From an uncultured Lachnospiraceae bacterium (lineage in GTDB: Bacteria > Bacillota > Clostridia > Lachnospirales > Lachnospiraceae): a stretch of DNA of 64,000 bases. A model generated the notes under the pieces. It was not told the DNA's origin. It was given only the letters and a program-made list of their open reading frames with translations, and did not search any database. Each line of letters begins with the position of its first letter. Position 1 is the first letter of the stretch. This document shows positions 47,276-57,633 of the stretch, one piece after another. The translations under genes and the position numbers were made by a program. The stretch is from NCBI GenBank assembly GCA_945830165.1, contig CALZXR010000001.1, positions 315 through 64,314 of the forward strand, written 5' to 3'.

Positions 47276-48958
47276 TTATGCCAGAATCGGTTTCAGAGCT
47301 GCGGCAAGTTTATCTTTCTGTGCCTGAGCCTCCGCCAGATCTTTGCCGAGTGTAGTGAAATAAGTCTTGATCTTCGGCTCAGTTCCGGACGGACGTACAA
47401 TAACGGCTGCGCCTCCATCCAGGCTGTAGATCAGAACATTCGCCGCCGGAAGCCCTGTTTCTTCCGGTTTCATATAATCAGTTGCTTTCACCACAGTATA
47501 ACCGCCTATTTCTTCCGGAGGATTCTTACGCAATTCTTCCATGATTCCTGTCATCTTGTCCATTCCTGACAGACCCGGGAATTCATAGCTGTCAACCTTA
47601 TTAAGATAACGGCCATATTCTGCATAAATCTCTTCCAGACGCTGCTTGATCGATGAGCCGATACTGCGGTAATATGCTGCCATTTCACAGATCAGCATAG
47701 AACCGATGATCGCATCTTTATCACGTACATACGGGCCTGCCAGATATCCATAGCTTTCCTCAAAACCAAAGATAAAGCGATCCACCTCACCTGCCGCTTC
47801 CAGGGTTGCAATCTGGTCGCCGATCCATTTAAATCCTGTCAGGACGCTCCTGAGTTCAACCCCATAGTGTGCAGCAACTGCATCAGCAAGAGGTGTTGAT
47901 ACGATAGATTTCACTGCAACCGGATTATCAGGCATTGTTCCATTCTCAATGCGTCCTGCACATATGTAATCCAGAAGAAGTACTCCTACTTCATTGCCGG
48001 ATACCAGCTCATAAGTGCCATCCGGGCATTTAATTGCAATACCGACACGGTCTGCATCCGGGTCGGTGGCCAGCATCAGGTCAGCACCTGACTTTTCAGC
48101 CAACTCAAGTCCCAGGCGGAGTGCCTCGAAAATCTCCGGATTCGGATACGGGCAGGTCGGGAAATTGCCGTCCGGATCCTTCTGTTCCGGAACGATTGTA
48201 ATGTCATCGATGCCAATGTCATTCAAAACACGCATAACCGGCACAAGCCCGCTTCCGTTAAGTGGGGAATAAACCAGCTTCAGACCTGCTGTCTTGCACA
48301 GACCCGGACGGACACTTCGTGCCTCGATTGCCGCATAGAGAGCCTCTTTACAGTCGTCTCCCACATACTCGATCAATCCTGCTGCCATGCCCTCCTCAAA
48401 GCCCATCTTCTTGGCGCCTTCCAGAATATCTGTCTTCTGAATCTCAGCATATACAATATTCGCTGCTTCATCTGTCATCTGGCATCCATCCGGTCCATAT
48501 GCCTTATAACCGTTATATTTCGCCGGATTATGAGAAGCCGTGATCATGATACCTGCATTTGCTTCATAATAACGTGTCGCAAAGCTCAATGCCGGAACCG
48601 GCATCAATGCATCATAAATGCGAACCTTAATTCCGTTGGCAGCCAGAACACATGCCGCTTCCTTTGCAAAAACATCACTCTTAATACGGCTGTCGTAGCT
48701 GATTGCCACCAACTGATTTCCACCTTGTGTCTTTACCCAGTTTGCCAGCCCCTGTGTAGCCTGGCGGACAACATAAATATTCATACGGTTAGAACCGACA
48801 CCCAGGACACCTCTCAAACCTGCAGTACCAAACTTCAGAGAAACAGCGAAACGTTCCTTGATTTCTTCATCATTGCCGGCTATTGACTCCAGCTCTGCTG
48901 TCAGGGCAGCATCTTCAAGCTCTGTTTTGGCCCAGCGTTTGTAATCATCCAAATACAT
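47276..48958 (-). CDS. pgm: Phosphoglucomutase/phosphomannomutase family
   Basis: FGTAGLRG, TASHNP phosphoserine, DPDADR, FEESYG, RPSGTEPKIK. Confidence 0.9.
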   Translation of the reverse strand: MYLDDYKRWAKTELEDAALTAELESIAGNDEEIKERFAVSLKFGTAGLRGVLGVGSNRMNIYVVRQATQGLANWVKTQGGNQLVAISYDSRIKSDVFAKEAACVLAANGIKVRIYDALMPVPALSFATRYYEANAGIMITASHNPAKYNGYKAYGPDGCQMTDEAANIVYAEIQKTDILEGAKKMGFEEGMAAGLIEYVGDDCKEALYAAIEARSVRPGLCKTAGLKLVYSPLNGSGLVPVMRVLNDIGIDDITIVPEQKDPDGNFPTCPYPNPEIFEALRLGLELAEKSGADLMLATDPDADRVGIAIKCPDGTYELVSGNEVGVLLLDYICAGRIENGTMPDNPVAVKSIVSTPLADAVAAHYGVELRSVLTGFKWIGDQIATLEAAGEVDRFIFGFEESYGYLAGPYVRDKDAIIGSMLICEMAAYYRSIGSSIKQRLEEIYAEYGRYLNKVDSYEFPGLSGMDKMTGIMEELRKNPPEEIGGYTVVKATDYMKPEETGLPAANVLIYSLDGGAAVIVRPSGTEPKIKTYFTTLGKDLAEAQAQKDKLAAALKPILA

Positions 48959-49103
48959 TGTATTCACCATCCTTTACTATTATTGAGTAACTGTCCGGCC
49001 ATGAGCCGGGATTCCGCAGCATGATAAAACTGTATAAGCCTGAGCAATATGCACGAAACCAACCGTTACATCACTAAAATATTTAGATAATCTTATATCT
49101 TCA

Positions 49104-49132
49104 ATTTTAAATAATTTTAAGCCCAGTGTCAA
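49104..49132 (-). promoter_or_regulatory. SigA promoter of pgm
   Basis: Minus strand TTGACA, 17 nt, TAAAAT. Confidence 0.7.
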
Positions 49133-49208
49133 TCAAATATAGGATTTATGGGTACTTAATTAAAATTTATGTTATGCCTGACACTGTAACTAACTTATCA
49201 CAAATAAA

Positions 49209-49242
49209 ATAAGCGTACCACTATTTCTAATGATACGCTTAT
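49209..49242 (-). terminator. Terminator after ppdK
   Basis: ATAAGCGTA / TACGCTTAT followed by a T-rich tract on the minus strand. Confidence 0.7.
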
Positions 49243-49328
49243 AATTATTCAGTTCAAGACTTGCTCCGTGAGTCCTGAAGAAACTTCAGACCCGCAAAGT
49301 CTTCGATGTAAATCCGAAATTTTTTCGC

Positions 49329-51956
49329 TTATTTATTTGCGATAGCTGCCTGTGCTGCTGCCAGTCTTGCGATCGGTACACGGAACGGTGAGCAGGATAC
49401 ATAATCCAGTCCGATCTTATGGCAGAACTCAACGGAAGACGGATCTCCGCCGTGCTCGCCGCAGATACCTACATGCAGATTCGGGTTAACCGGCTTACCG
49501 AGTTTGATTGCCAGTTCCATAAGCTTGCCTACGCCTGTCTGGTCAAGTTTTGCAAACGGATCGTTCTCAAAAATCTTAGCATCATAGTAACCACCAAGGA
49601 ATTTGCCTGCATCATCACGAGAGAATCCGAAGGTCATCTGTGTCAGGTCGTTTGTACCAAAACAGAAGAAGTCAGCTTCTTTTGCAATCTCATCTGCTGT
49701 AAGGGCTGCTCTCGGGATCTCAATCATCGTACCTACTTCATACTTCAGTTCGACGCCAGCTTCTTTGATTTCTGCATCTGCTGTATCAACAACAACTTTC
49801 TTTACGAACTTAAGCTCTTTATAATCTCCTACAAGCGGGATCATAATTTCCGGTTTTACTGTCCAGTCAGGATGTGCCTTCTGAACATTGATTGCTGCAC
49901 GGATAACAGCCTTTGTCTGCATCCTTGCGATTTCCGGATAAGTAACTGCCAGACGGCATCCGCGATGTCCCATCATCGGGTTAAATTCATGCAGGCTGTC
50001 GATAATTGTCTTAATTTCTTCTACTGATTTGCCCTGAGCTTCCGCAAGTTTCTTAATGTCCTCATCCTCTGTAGGAACGAACTCATGAAGCGGCGGGTCA
50101 AGGAAACGGATAGTAACCGGATTTCCTTCAAGTGCCTCGTACAATGCTTCAAAGTCTCCCTGCTGATATGGAAGGATTTTTTCCAGCGCAACTTCTCTTT
50201 CTTCTACTGTATCTGCACAGATCATCTCGCGGAACGCGGCGATTCTGTTTTCGTCAAAGAACATATGCTCTGTACGGCAAAGACCGATACCTTCTGCTCC
50301 GAGCTCGCGTGCTTTCTTAGCATCAGCCGGTGTGTCTGCATTTGTGCGGACCTTCAGTGTCCTGAACTTGTCAACCCAAGCCATGATTCTTCCGAACTCA
50401 CCTGCGATCTTCGCATCAACGGTCGGGATAATTCCGTCATAGATATTACCTGTTGTTCCGTCGATGGAAATCGGGTCACCTTCATGATATTCTTTTCCTG
50501 CAAGAGTAAATCTCTTGTTCTCTTCATCCATAGCGATATCGCCGCATCCGGATACACAGCAGGTACCCATACCACGTGCAACTACTGCAGCATGTGATGT
50601 CATACCGCCGCGGACTGTCAGGATACCCTGAGCAGATTTCATACCTGTAATATCTTCCGGTGATGTCTCCAGACGTACCAGAACAACTTTCTCCCCTCTT
50701 TCAGCCCATGCAACCGCATCCTCTGCGGAAAATACGATCTTACCGCATGCAGCACCCGGAGAAGCTCCAAGACCTTTTCCTGCCGGAACAGCCGCCTTCA
50801 AAGCATCTGCGTCAAACTGTGGATGAAGCAGTGTATCAAGGTTACGCGGTTCAATCATCGCAACTGCCTCTTCTTCTGTCCTCATGCCTTCATCTACAAG
50901 ATCACATGCGATCTTCAGAGCTGCCTGAGCAGTTCTCTTACCATTACGGGTCTGAAGCATGTAAAGCTTTCTATCCTGAATTGTAAACTCCATATCCTGC
51001 ATATCTCTGTAGTGATTTTCCAGAGTCTCACATACCTGTGTGAATTGTTCAAATACTTCCGGCATAACGTCCTTCAATGCGGAAATCGGCTGCGGTGTAC
51101 GTACACCGGCAACTACGTCCTCGCCCTGTGCATTGATAAGGAACTCGCCCATAAGCTTCTTCTCGCCTGTTGCAGGATCACGTGTAAATGCAACACCGGT
51201 ACCGGACTGATCTGACCAGTTACCAAATGCCATCTCCTGTACGTTAACTGCTGTTCCCCATGAGTACGGGATATCGTTATCGCGGCGGTAAACATTCGCA
51301 CGCGGGTTGTCCCATGAACGGAATACCGCTTTTACAGCTCCCATAAGCTGTTCCTTCGGATCATCCGGGAAATCAGCACCGATTTTGCTCTTATATTCTG
51401 CTTTAAACTGATTTGCAAGTTCTTTTAAATCTTCTGCCGTAAGATCAACGTCCTGTGTGACACCTCTAGCCTCTTTCATCTGGTCAATCAGTACTTCAAA
51501 ATACTTCTTGCCGACTTCCATAACTACATCTGAATACATCTGGATAAATCTTCTGTAGCAGTCACGCGCCCATCTTTCATTTCCTGTCTTTTTCGCAACG
51601 ACCTCTACCACTTCTTCGTTCAATCCAAGATTCAGAATGGTATCCATCATACCCGGCATAGAAGCTCTTGCACCGGAGCGGACAGAAACAAGCAGCGGAT
51701 TCTCAAGATCACCAAACTTCTTGCCTGTAACTTTTTCCATTTTGTCAATAGCTTCCATAATCTGGCCCATGATCTCATCATTAATCATTCTGCCATCTTC
51801 ATAATACTGGGTGCAGGCTTCCGTTGTGATTGTAAATCCCTGTGGTACCGGAAGACCCAGATTTGTCATCTCGGCAAGATTGGCACCTTTTCCCCCCAGC
51901 AGGTTTCTCATGGTTGCGTTGCCTTCCGTAAACATATAAACCCATTTTGTTGCCAT
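49329..51956 (-). CDS. ppdK: Pyruvate, phosphate dikinase
   Basis: LLGGKGANL, SVRSGA, GGMTSHAAVVA phospho-His, GIGLCRTEHM, FGTNDL, GICGEHGG. Confidence 0.97.
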   Translation of the reverse strand: MATKWVYMFTEGNATMRNLLGGKGANLAEMTNLGLPVPQGFTITTEACTQYYEDGRMINDEIMGQIMEAIDKMEKVTGKKFGDLENPLLVSVRSGARASMPGMMDTILNLGLNEEVVEVVAKKTGNERWARDCYRRFIQMYSDVVMEVGKKYFEVLIDQMKEARGVTQDVDLTAEDLKELANQFKAEYKSKIGADFPDDPKEQLMGAVKAVFRSWDNPRANVYRRDNDIPYSWGTAVNVQEMAFGNWSDQSGTGVAFTRDPATGEKKLMGEFLINAQGEDVVAGVRTPQPISALKDVMPEVFEQFTQVCETLENHYRDMQDMEFTIQDRKLYMLQTRNGKRTAQAALKIACDLVDEGMRTEEEAVAMIEPRNLDTLLHPQFDADALKAAVPAGKGLGASPGAACGKIVFSAEDAVAWAERGEKVVLVRLETSPEDITGMKSAQGILTVRGGMTSHAAVVARGMGTCCVSGCGDIAMDEENKRFTLAGKEYHEGDPISIDGTTGNIYDGIIPTVDAKIAGEFGRIMAWVDKFRTLKVRTNADTPADAKKARELGAEGIGLCRTEHMFFDENRIAAFREMICADTVEEREVALEKILPYQQGDFEALYEALEGNPVTIRFLDPPLHEFVPTEDEDIKKLAEAQGKSVEEIKTIIDSLHEFNPMMGHRGCRLAVTYPEIARMQTKAVIRAAINVQKAHPDWTVKPEIMIPLVGDYKELKFVKKVVVDTADAEIKEAGVELKYEVGTMIEIPRAALTADEIAKEADFFCFGTNDLTQMTFGFSRDDAGKFLGGYYDAKIFENDPFAKLDQTGVGKLMELAIKLGKPVNPNLHVGICGEHGGDPSSVEFCHKIGLDYVSCSPFRVPIARLAAAQAAIANK

Positions 51957-52012
51957 GTTCCAATGACCTCCTAAAAAAAATTTGCAAATAAATATACTAA
52001 TCCGCATATAAT

Positions 52013-52041
52013 ATTCTAATGGTTTTAGTACAGAACGTCAA
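52013..52041 (-). promoter_or_regulatory. SigA promoter of ppdK
   Basis: Minus strand TTGACG, 17 nt, TAGAAT. Confidence 0.7.
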
Positions 52042-52096
52042 GGCTTTATGAGTAAATATTACCAATAAGTTGCTAAATATTACGTTATTTTTTTAA

Positions 52097-53587
52097 CTAT
52101 TGAACAAATTTTTCACATTTTCGGAAGTCATAAAGATAAAATGCTCTGTATCCTTTCACTGCCTCATAGAGATCCGCTTTGCTGACAACTTCCCACGGTG
52201 CATGCATATTAAGGACAGCGATCCCGCAGTCGATCACCTGCATTCCGTATTCAGCCATAATATAAGCGATGGTTCCGCCGCCGCCTTTGTCCACAGCCCC
52301 CAGTTCTGCAGTCTGGAAAACCACACTGCTGTCATCCATCAGCCTCCTCAATTGTGCAATGAACTCCGGATTCGCATCATTACCTCCGGTTTTTCCGCCG
52401 CTTCCGCTGTATTTGTTAAAAACAATTCCTCCGCCCAGGTAAGCCGCATTCTTTTTTTCAAAATACTTGTCAAACATGGGGTCGTAAGCTGCGCTTACAT
52501 CAGCCGACAGCATCCGGGAATTTAACAGACTGCGGCGGATCAGAATATCCAGAGGCTCATGCCTGCCGTACTCTCTTTTTCTGTTCTGCCCGGACAGCGG
52601 ACGTTCAGGATACCCGAAGGATATGCGGTCCGGTTCTCTGGTTTCATAACCTTTCTTCCAGTTAAAAACAACTTCCGCCGCCGCATTTTCAAAAAACCGG
52701 GAATGCATTCCTGTAGCCCCGCGGCTCCCCGTTTCCTCCTTATCCACCAACAGGCAGACTGCTGTTCTGAAAGGTTTCTCTTTTATTCCGAGTAACGCTT
52801 CAAGCGCCGCAAATGCACAGCTTCTGTCATCGTGCCCATATCCGATGATCATGCTTCTGTCAAGGCCGCAGTCTTTTGCCTTCCCCGCCGGAACCACTTC
52901 CAGCTCTGCCGAAAGAAAATCTTCCTCATTAATCTGATACTGCTCAAGCAGCAGTCTGAGGATGGCATCTTTCACATTTCCCCCGGGTAACGGCCGATTG
53001 CCCACAAGCAGATCCATTTTCTCGGCATCAACAAAATCTTTCACTTTCTTATCATTAATTTCTTTCCCCAGATGAGGCAGCAAGTCTGAAATCACAAATA
53101 CCGGCCCGTCCTCTTCTTCCTGTATCCGGATTTGTGTTTCATCTTTTTTTACAACAATGCCGCGCAAGGCAAGCGGAAGGGCAAGCCACTGATATTTTTT
53201 AATTCCGCCGTAATAATGAGTATCCATATAAACCATGTCATCCTGTTCGTAAAGCGGCATTTGCTTGATATCAAGCCGCGGCGAGTCTATATGTGCCCCG
53301 ATGATATTCATGCCGTTTTCCGGAGGTTCTTCTCCGATATAAAACAATGCGACTGATTTCGACATATGCTCCGCATACACCTTATCTCCCGGCTTCAGAC
53401 CCTTTCCCGACCGGATTATCTGCTTCAGCGGACGGTAGCCGGCTTTTTCTGCCATGCTTACTACCTGTTTGGCACACTCTCTTTCTGTTTTTCCCTCATC
53501 AAGAAAACGGCGGTAAAAAAAACATAACTCTTCTGCCGCCGCCAATTCCTCTTTATTTAATTCTTTCCATGCATTTCTTCGTTCCAT
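52097..53587 (-). CDS. M18 family aminopeptidase, paralog 2 (with internal insertion)
   Basis: GAHIDSPRLD, GHDDR, DKEETGS, SADV, NMHAPWE. Confidence 0.9.
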   Translation of the reverse strand: MERRNAWKELNKEELAAAEELCFFYRRFLDEGKTERECAKQVVSMAEKAGYRPLKQIIRSGKGLKPGDKVYAEHMSKSVALFYIGEEPPENGMNIIGAHIDSPRLDIKQMPLYEQDDMVYMDTHYYGGIKKYQWLALPLALRGIVVKKDETQIRIQEEEDGPVFVISDLLPHLGKEINDKKVKDFVDAEKMDLLVGNRPLPGGNVKDAILRLLLEQYQINEEDFLSAELEVVPAGKAKDCGLDRSMIIGYGHDDRSCAFAALEALLGIKEKPFRTAVCLLVDKEETGSRGATGMHSRFFENAAAEVVFNWKKGYETREPDRISFGYPERPLSGQNRKREYGRHEPLDILIRRSLLNSRMLSADVSAAYDPMFDKYFEKKNAAYLGGGIVFNKYSGSGGKTGGNDANPEFIAQLRRLMDDSSVVFQTAELGAVDKGGGGTIAYIMAEYGMQVIDCGIAVLNMHAPWEVVSKADLYEAVKGYRAFYLYDFRKCEKFVQ

Positions 53588-53747
53588 ACTGTTTCCCTTC
53601 TCCTGTATTTATGACAAATTCAAACAGGTATTCCATTTCCGGCCTGCTGACACCTGACATGCCACAGACCCGATGGACAAATTTTTCTATGTTAAATGTT
53701 TCGTAAACAGTATGGACAGATTCTATTGAAATCATGTACGAATAGTT

Positions 53748-55118
53748 TTATTTCATATCTTTAAGAAATGCCGCATATCCACGGTACGCCTCATAAACAT
53801 CTGCTTTGCTTGAAATCTCCCAGGGTGCGTGCATACAGAGAATTGCAACTCCTCCGTCTATCACTTCCATCCCGTACATTGCCAGGATATAGGCGATAGT
53901 CCCGCCGCCGCCGGCATCAACTTTCCCCAGCTCCGCCATCTGGAACTGCACATTGTTATCGTCAAACACTTTTCTGATTTTTGCAATATATTCCGCATTC
54001 GCATCATTTGAGCCGCTTTTTCCTTTTGACCCTGTATGTTTGCAGAAAACAGGCCCTTTTCCGAAATAGCAGGAAGAATTTCTGTTATACACTTCTCCGT
54101 ACATTGGATCATAGGCGGCACTTACATCGGAAGAAATCATCGTAGAATGTGCAAGTGCACGTCGCAGCTTCAGTTCTGAATAACCTCCTAATTTTTCATA
54201 CAGCTCTGCCACTGCATTCTCGAAAAATCTGGAGCGCATTCCGGTTGCTCCGACACTTCCGATTTCCTCTTTATCTACCAGAATGCAGCATGCAGTCCTG
54301 GTCAGTTCTCCCGCATCCAGCATTGCTGCAAGGGATGTATATGCACAGATTCTGTCATCCTGTCCGTAAGCCATGATCATGCTCCTGTCAAGTCCGCAGT
54401 CACGGGCTTTTCCTGCCGGGACTACTTCCAGCTCCGCAGACATCAGATCTTCTTTTTCAATATGGTAGGTCTCTTTTAAAATCTCAAGAATCTTTGCAGC
54501 AGCCTGATCCTTTTCCTCGCCCTCCAGAGGACGATTGCCGATCAAGATATCAAGATTCTCTCCTTCCACAACTTTTGCGGCATTTTTCTCCATCTGCCCG
54601 GAGGAAAGATGGATAAGAAGGTCTGTCACCGCAAATACCGGGTCCTCCTCTTTATCACCTATTGAAATAATCTCCTTCGTCCCGTCTTTGCGCACGACTA
54701 CGCCATGGATTCCAAGCGGCACTGTAACCCACTGATATTTTTTGATTCCCCCATAATAATGAGTATCAAAATATGCAAACCCACTGTCTTCATAAAGCGG
54801 ATTCTGTTTCAAATCAAGACGTGGGGAATCAATATGCGCTCCAAGTATATTCATACCGTTTTCAAGCGGCTCGGTGCCAATCTGGAACATGACGATAGAT
54901 TTTCCCATCCAGACTTCATACACTTTATCTCCCGGATGTAATGTGTCAACCGTATCCATATTTTTATATCCGGCTGCCTCTGCCTGTCTTACGATCTCAG
55001 TGATACATTCACGTTCTGTTTTTCCCGCATCCAGAAATGCTTTGTAATTCTCATTCAGTGTTTCAAGCTTTTCTAAATCTTCAGCTTTATATGTAAGCCA
55101 CAAGTTCTTGTTTTCCAT
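53748..55118 (-). CDS. M18 family aminopeptidase, paralog 1
   Basis: GAHIDSPRLD, GQDDR, DKEEIGS, SSDV, CMHAPWE. Confidence 0.92.
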   Translation of the reverse strand: MENKNLWLTYKAEDLEKLETLNENYKAFLDAGKTERECITEIVRQAEAAGYKNMDTVDTLHPGDKVYEVWMGKSIVMFQIGTEPLENGMNILGAHIDSPRLDLKQNPLYEDSGFAYFDTHYYGGIKKYQWVTVPLGIHGVVVRKDGTKEIISIGDKEEDPVFAVTDLLIHLSSGQMEKNAAKVVEGENLDILIGNRPLEGEEKDQAAAKILEILKETYHIEKEDLMSAELEVVPAGKARDCGLDRSMIMAYGQDDRICAYTSLAAMLDAGELTRTACCILVDKEEIGSVGATGMRSRFFENAVAELYEKLGGYSELKLRRALAHSTMISSDVSAAYDPMYGEVYNRNSSCYFGKGPVFCKHTGSKGKSGSNDANAEYIAKIRKVFDDNNVQFQMAELGKVDAGGGGTIAYILAMYGMEVIDGGVAILCMHAPWEISSKADVYEAYRGYAAFLKDMK

Positions 55119-55374
55119 AGAGTTTCCTCCTTTTTCAGTTTTTCTATATCCGGGAATGCTCCGGCATTTTCCCCTGCATCACATTACCGATTATCTTTCC
55201 ATATATATTTCGGGGATGAAACCAGAATTTTTATCTTCTCCGCCCATCCCCGAATTCTGTCCGGATGCCGAAGTGACACCGGAATATGTTTTTAAATTAT
55301 CGAAGGGTACACTATGTGCCCGCTTCGCTCATTCTATTATCTTCTCAAGAACGCCAATGTTGTACGTCCGCAAA

Positions 55375-56766
55375 TTAAAATCTCATCTTATCTTCAAAAT
55401 ATGCTTTCAGATCTTCAATCTTGATTCTTTCCTGCTGCATCGTATCTCTGTCCCGGACAGTTACAGCTCCGTCCGTCTCTGACTCGAAATCATATGTGAC
55501 ACAGAACGGTGTTCCGATTTCGTCCTGACGGCGGTAACGTTTACCGATATTTCCCCTGTCATCAAATTCGCAGTTGTAATACTTTGAAAGCTCTGCGTAA
55601 ATCTTTTCCGCACCCGCGTTCAGCTTCTTAGAAAGCGGCAGGACACCGATTTTAACCGGTGCAAGTGCCGGATGGAAATGAAGCACCGTGCGGACATCTC
55701 CGCCCTCCAGCTCTTCCTCATCATATGCACTGCAAAGGAATGCAAGCACCATACGGTCTGCCCCCAGAGAAGGTTCAATTACATACGGGATATATTTTTC
55801 TTTCTTTTCATCGTCAAAATATGTCAGATCCTGCTTAGAAACTTCCATATGACGGGAAAGATCGTAATTCGTCCTGTCAGCGATTCCCCACAGCTCGCCC
55901 CATCCGAACGGGAAGAGGAATTCCACATCTGTTGTAGCTTTGCTGTAGAAGGAAAGCTCTTCCGGCTCATGGTCACGGTATCTGACCTCATCTTCCTTAA
56001 GTCCGAGAGAACTCAGCCAGTCAAGGCAGAACTGCTTCCAATATGCAAACCACTCCAGGTCGGTATCCGGCTCACAGAAAAATTCCAGCTCCATCTGCTC
56101 AAACTCTCTTGTCCTGAAAGTGAAGTTGCCCGGCGTGATTTCGTTTCGGAAAGATTTACCGATCTGGGCAATACCAAACGGAATTTTCTTTCTGGATGTA
56201 CGCTGTACATTCTTAAAGTTTACAAAAATTCCCTGCGCTGTCTCCGGTCTCAGATAAACCGTGTTCTTAGCATCCTCCGTAACCCCCTGGAACGTCTTGA
56301 ACATCAGATTGAACTGACGGATCTCAGTGAAATTATGCTTTCCGCATGTAGGACACGGAATCTGTTTTTCCTTAATAAATGCTTCCATATCTTCCTGTGA
56401 CCATGCATCAACAGAGCCTTCCAGCTCAATACCGTTCTCTGCACAATAATCTTCGATCAGTTTATCTGCACGGAAACGCTCATGGCATTCCTTACAATCC
56501 ATAAGCGGGTCTGAAAAGCCGCCGAGATGCCCGGATGCAACCCATGTCTGCGGATTCATCAGGATTGCACAGTCAACTCCCACATTGTACGGGGATTCCT
56601 GTACAAACTTCTGCCACCAGGCTTTCTTTACGTTGTTTTTCAGCTCCACACCAAGATTACCGTAGTCCCATGTATTTGCAAGTCCGCCGTAAATCTCTGA
56701 CCCCGGATAAACAAATCCCCTGGATTTTGCAAGAGCTACGATTTTTTCCATTGTTTTCTCTGCCAT
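55375..56766 (-). CDS. glyS: Glycine--tRNA ligase, single-chain alpha2 type
   Basis: [43 protein letters not shown]. Confidence 0.96.
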   Translation of the reverse strand: MAEKTMEKIVALAKSRGFVYPGSEIYGGLANTWDYGNLGVELKNNVKKAWWQKFVQESPYNVGVDCAILMNPQTWVASGHLGGFSDPLMDCKECHERFRADKLIEDYCAENGIELEGSVDAWSQEDMEAFIKEKQIPCPTCGKHNFTEIRQFNLMFKTFQGVTEDAKNTVYLRPETAQGIFVNFKNVQRTSRKKIPFGIAQIGKSFRNEITPGNFTFRTREFEQMELEFFCEPDTDLEWFAYWKQFCLDWLSSLGLKEDEVRYRDHEPEELSFYSKATTDVEFLFPFGWGELWGIADRTNYDLSRHMEVSKQDLTYFDDEKKEKYIPYVIEPSLGADRMVLAFLCSAYDEEELEGGDVRTVLHFHPALAPVKIGVLPLSKKLNAGAEKIYAELSKYYNCEFDDRGNIGKRYRRQDEIGTPFCVTYDFESETDGAVTVRDRDTMQQERIKIEDLKAYFEDKMRF

Positions 56767-56858
56767 AGTATGATTCCTCTCATTCATTAATAATTATTAT
56801 CATCTTATGATTCATGTCAATTGTTCCTATTATAACGTTTCCGCTCTGATTTGTAAAG

Positions 56859-57614
56859 CTATTTCACCCGCAGCAGCGACTGCAGGATTTCCAGAGATTT
56901 AAAATGCTTCTCCACATACACATCCAGATATCTGCCCATAATTCTTCCAAGTTCATCCAGAACTTCTTCACTGACCACAAAAGTGTATAAACGCTCTATT
57001 TTACTGCTTTCAATATATTGCATGCTATACAATGCCGACTGAGACAGACGGATTCCGTCGATGACATCACCTGCACATTCCGTACAGACAAGCCCGCCTT
57101 TTTTTACACTGAACACGGTCTCCCTGTCTTTATCTCCGCAGGAAACGCATTGGAACACCTGAGGTCCCTGCCCGTTAATGCAAAGAGTACGAAGTTCGAA
57201 TATGTAACGAACGAGCCGGTTGGGTATCCTTTTATTAATGAGTGCCTTCATTGTCTGATAAAGAAGCTTCAGCATTTCCCGTTCATCATTACCTTCAGTT
57301 GTAAAATAATCTGCAAACTCCAGAAAATAAAACCCGTAACAGGCATCATCCATATCCTTCCTCAGTTCCGGAAAATAGTTCGTGATCTGAGCAGCCTGAA
57401 TCGAATTGGATGTTCTGCCGGCATAAATTGTAAATTCGCCGAAACAGAATGGGTTTACGGCAGCGACAAGTGGACTGTTCGGTTTTCGCGCCCCTCTGGC
57501 AAATGCTGCCATTTTCCCTTGTTCTTTTGTCAGTATAACCACTCGTTTATCATACTCTCCGATAGGTGCTGCGGACAGCACCATCCCTGTCACTACAATC
57601 TGATTCACATTCAT
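56859..57614 (-). CDS. recO: DNA repair protein RecO
   Basis: GEYDKRVVILT, ARGARKP, CVSC...CTEC zinc finger. Confidence 0.93.
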   Translation of the reverse strand: MNVNQIVVTGMVLSAAPIGEYDKRVVILTKEQGKMAAFARGARKPNSPLVAAVNPFCFGEFTIYAGRTSNSIQAAQITNYFPELRKDMDDACYGFYFLEFADYFTTEGNDEREMLKLLYQTMKALINKRIPNRLVRYIFELRTLCINGQGPQVFQCVSCGDKDRETVFSVKKGGLVCTECAGDVIDGIRLSQSALYSMQYIESSKIERLYTFVVSEEVLDELGRIMGRYLDVYVEKHFKSLEILQSLLRVK

Positions 57615-57633
57615 TCTCCCCGTTCAGGAACAC

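Noticed and set aside
49124-49186. 8-bp inverted repeat CAGTGTCA / TGACACTG near the pgm promoter
   Set aside because: The arms are 47 bp apart and one is largely the -35 hexamer, so chance is likely.
49255-49305. Small nested hairpin (CTGAAG-AAA-CTTCAG) after ppdK as an ncRNA
   Set aside because: Short, inside a 3' UTR ahead of the terminator, with no promoter or second copy seen.
53553-53735. 60-aa ORF between the aminopeptidases
   Set aside because: No RBS or recognisable motif, and it overlaps the downstream RBS and start; treated as a non-coding spacer.
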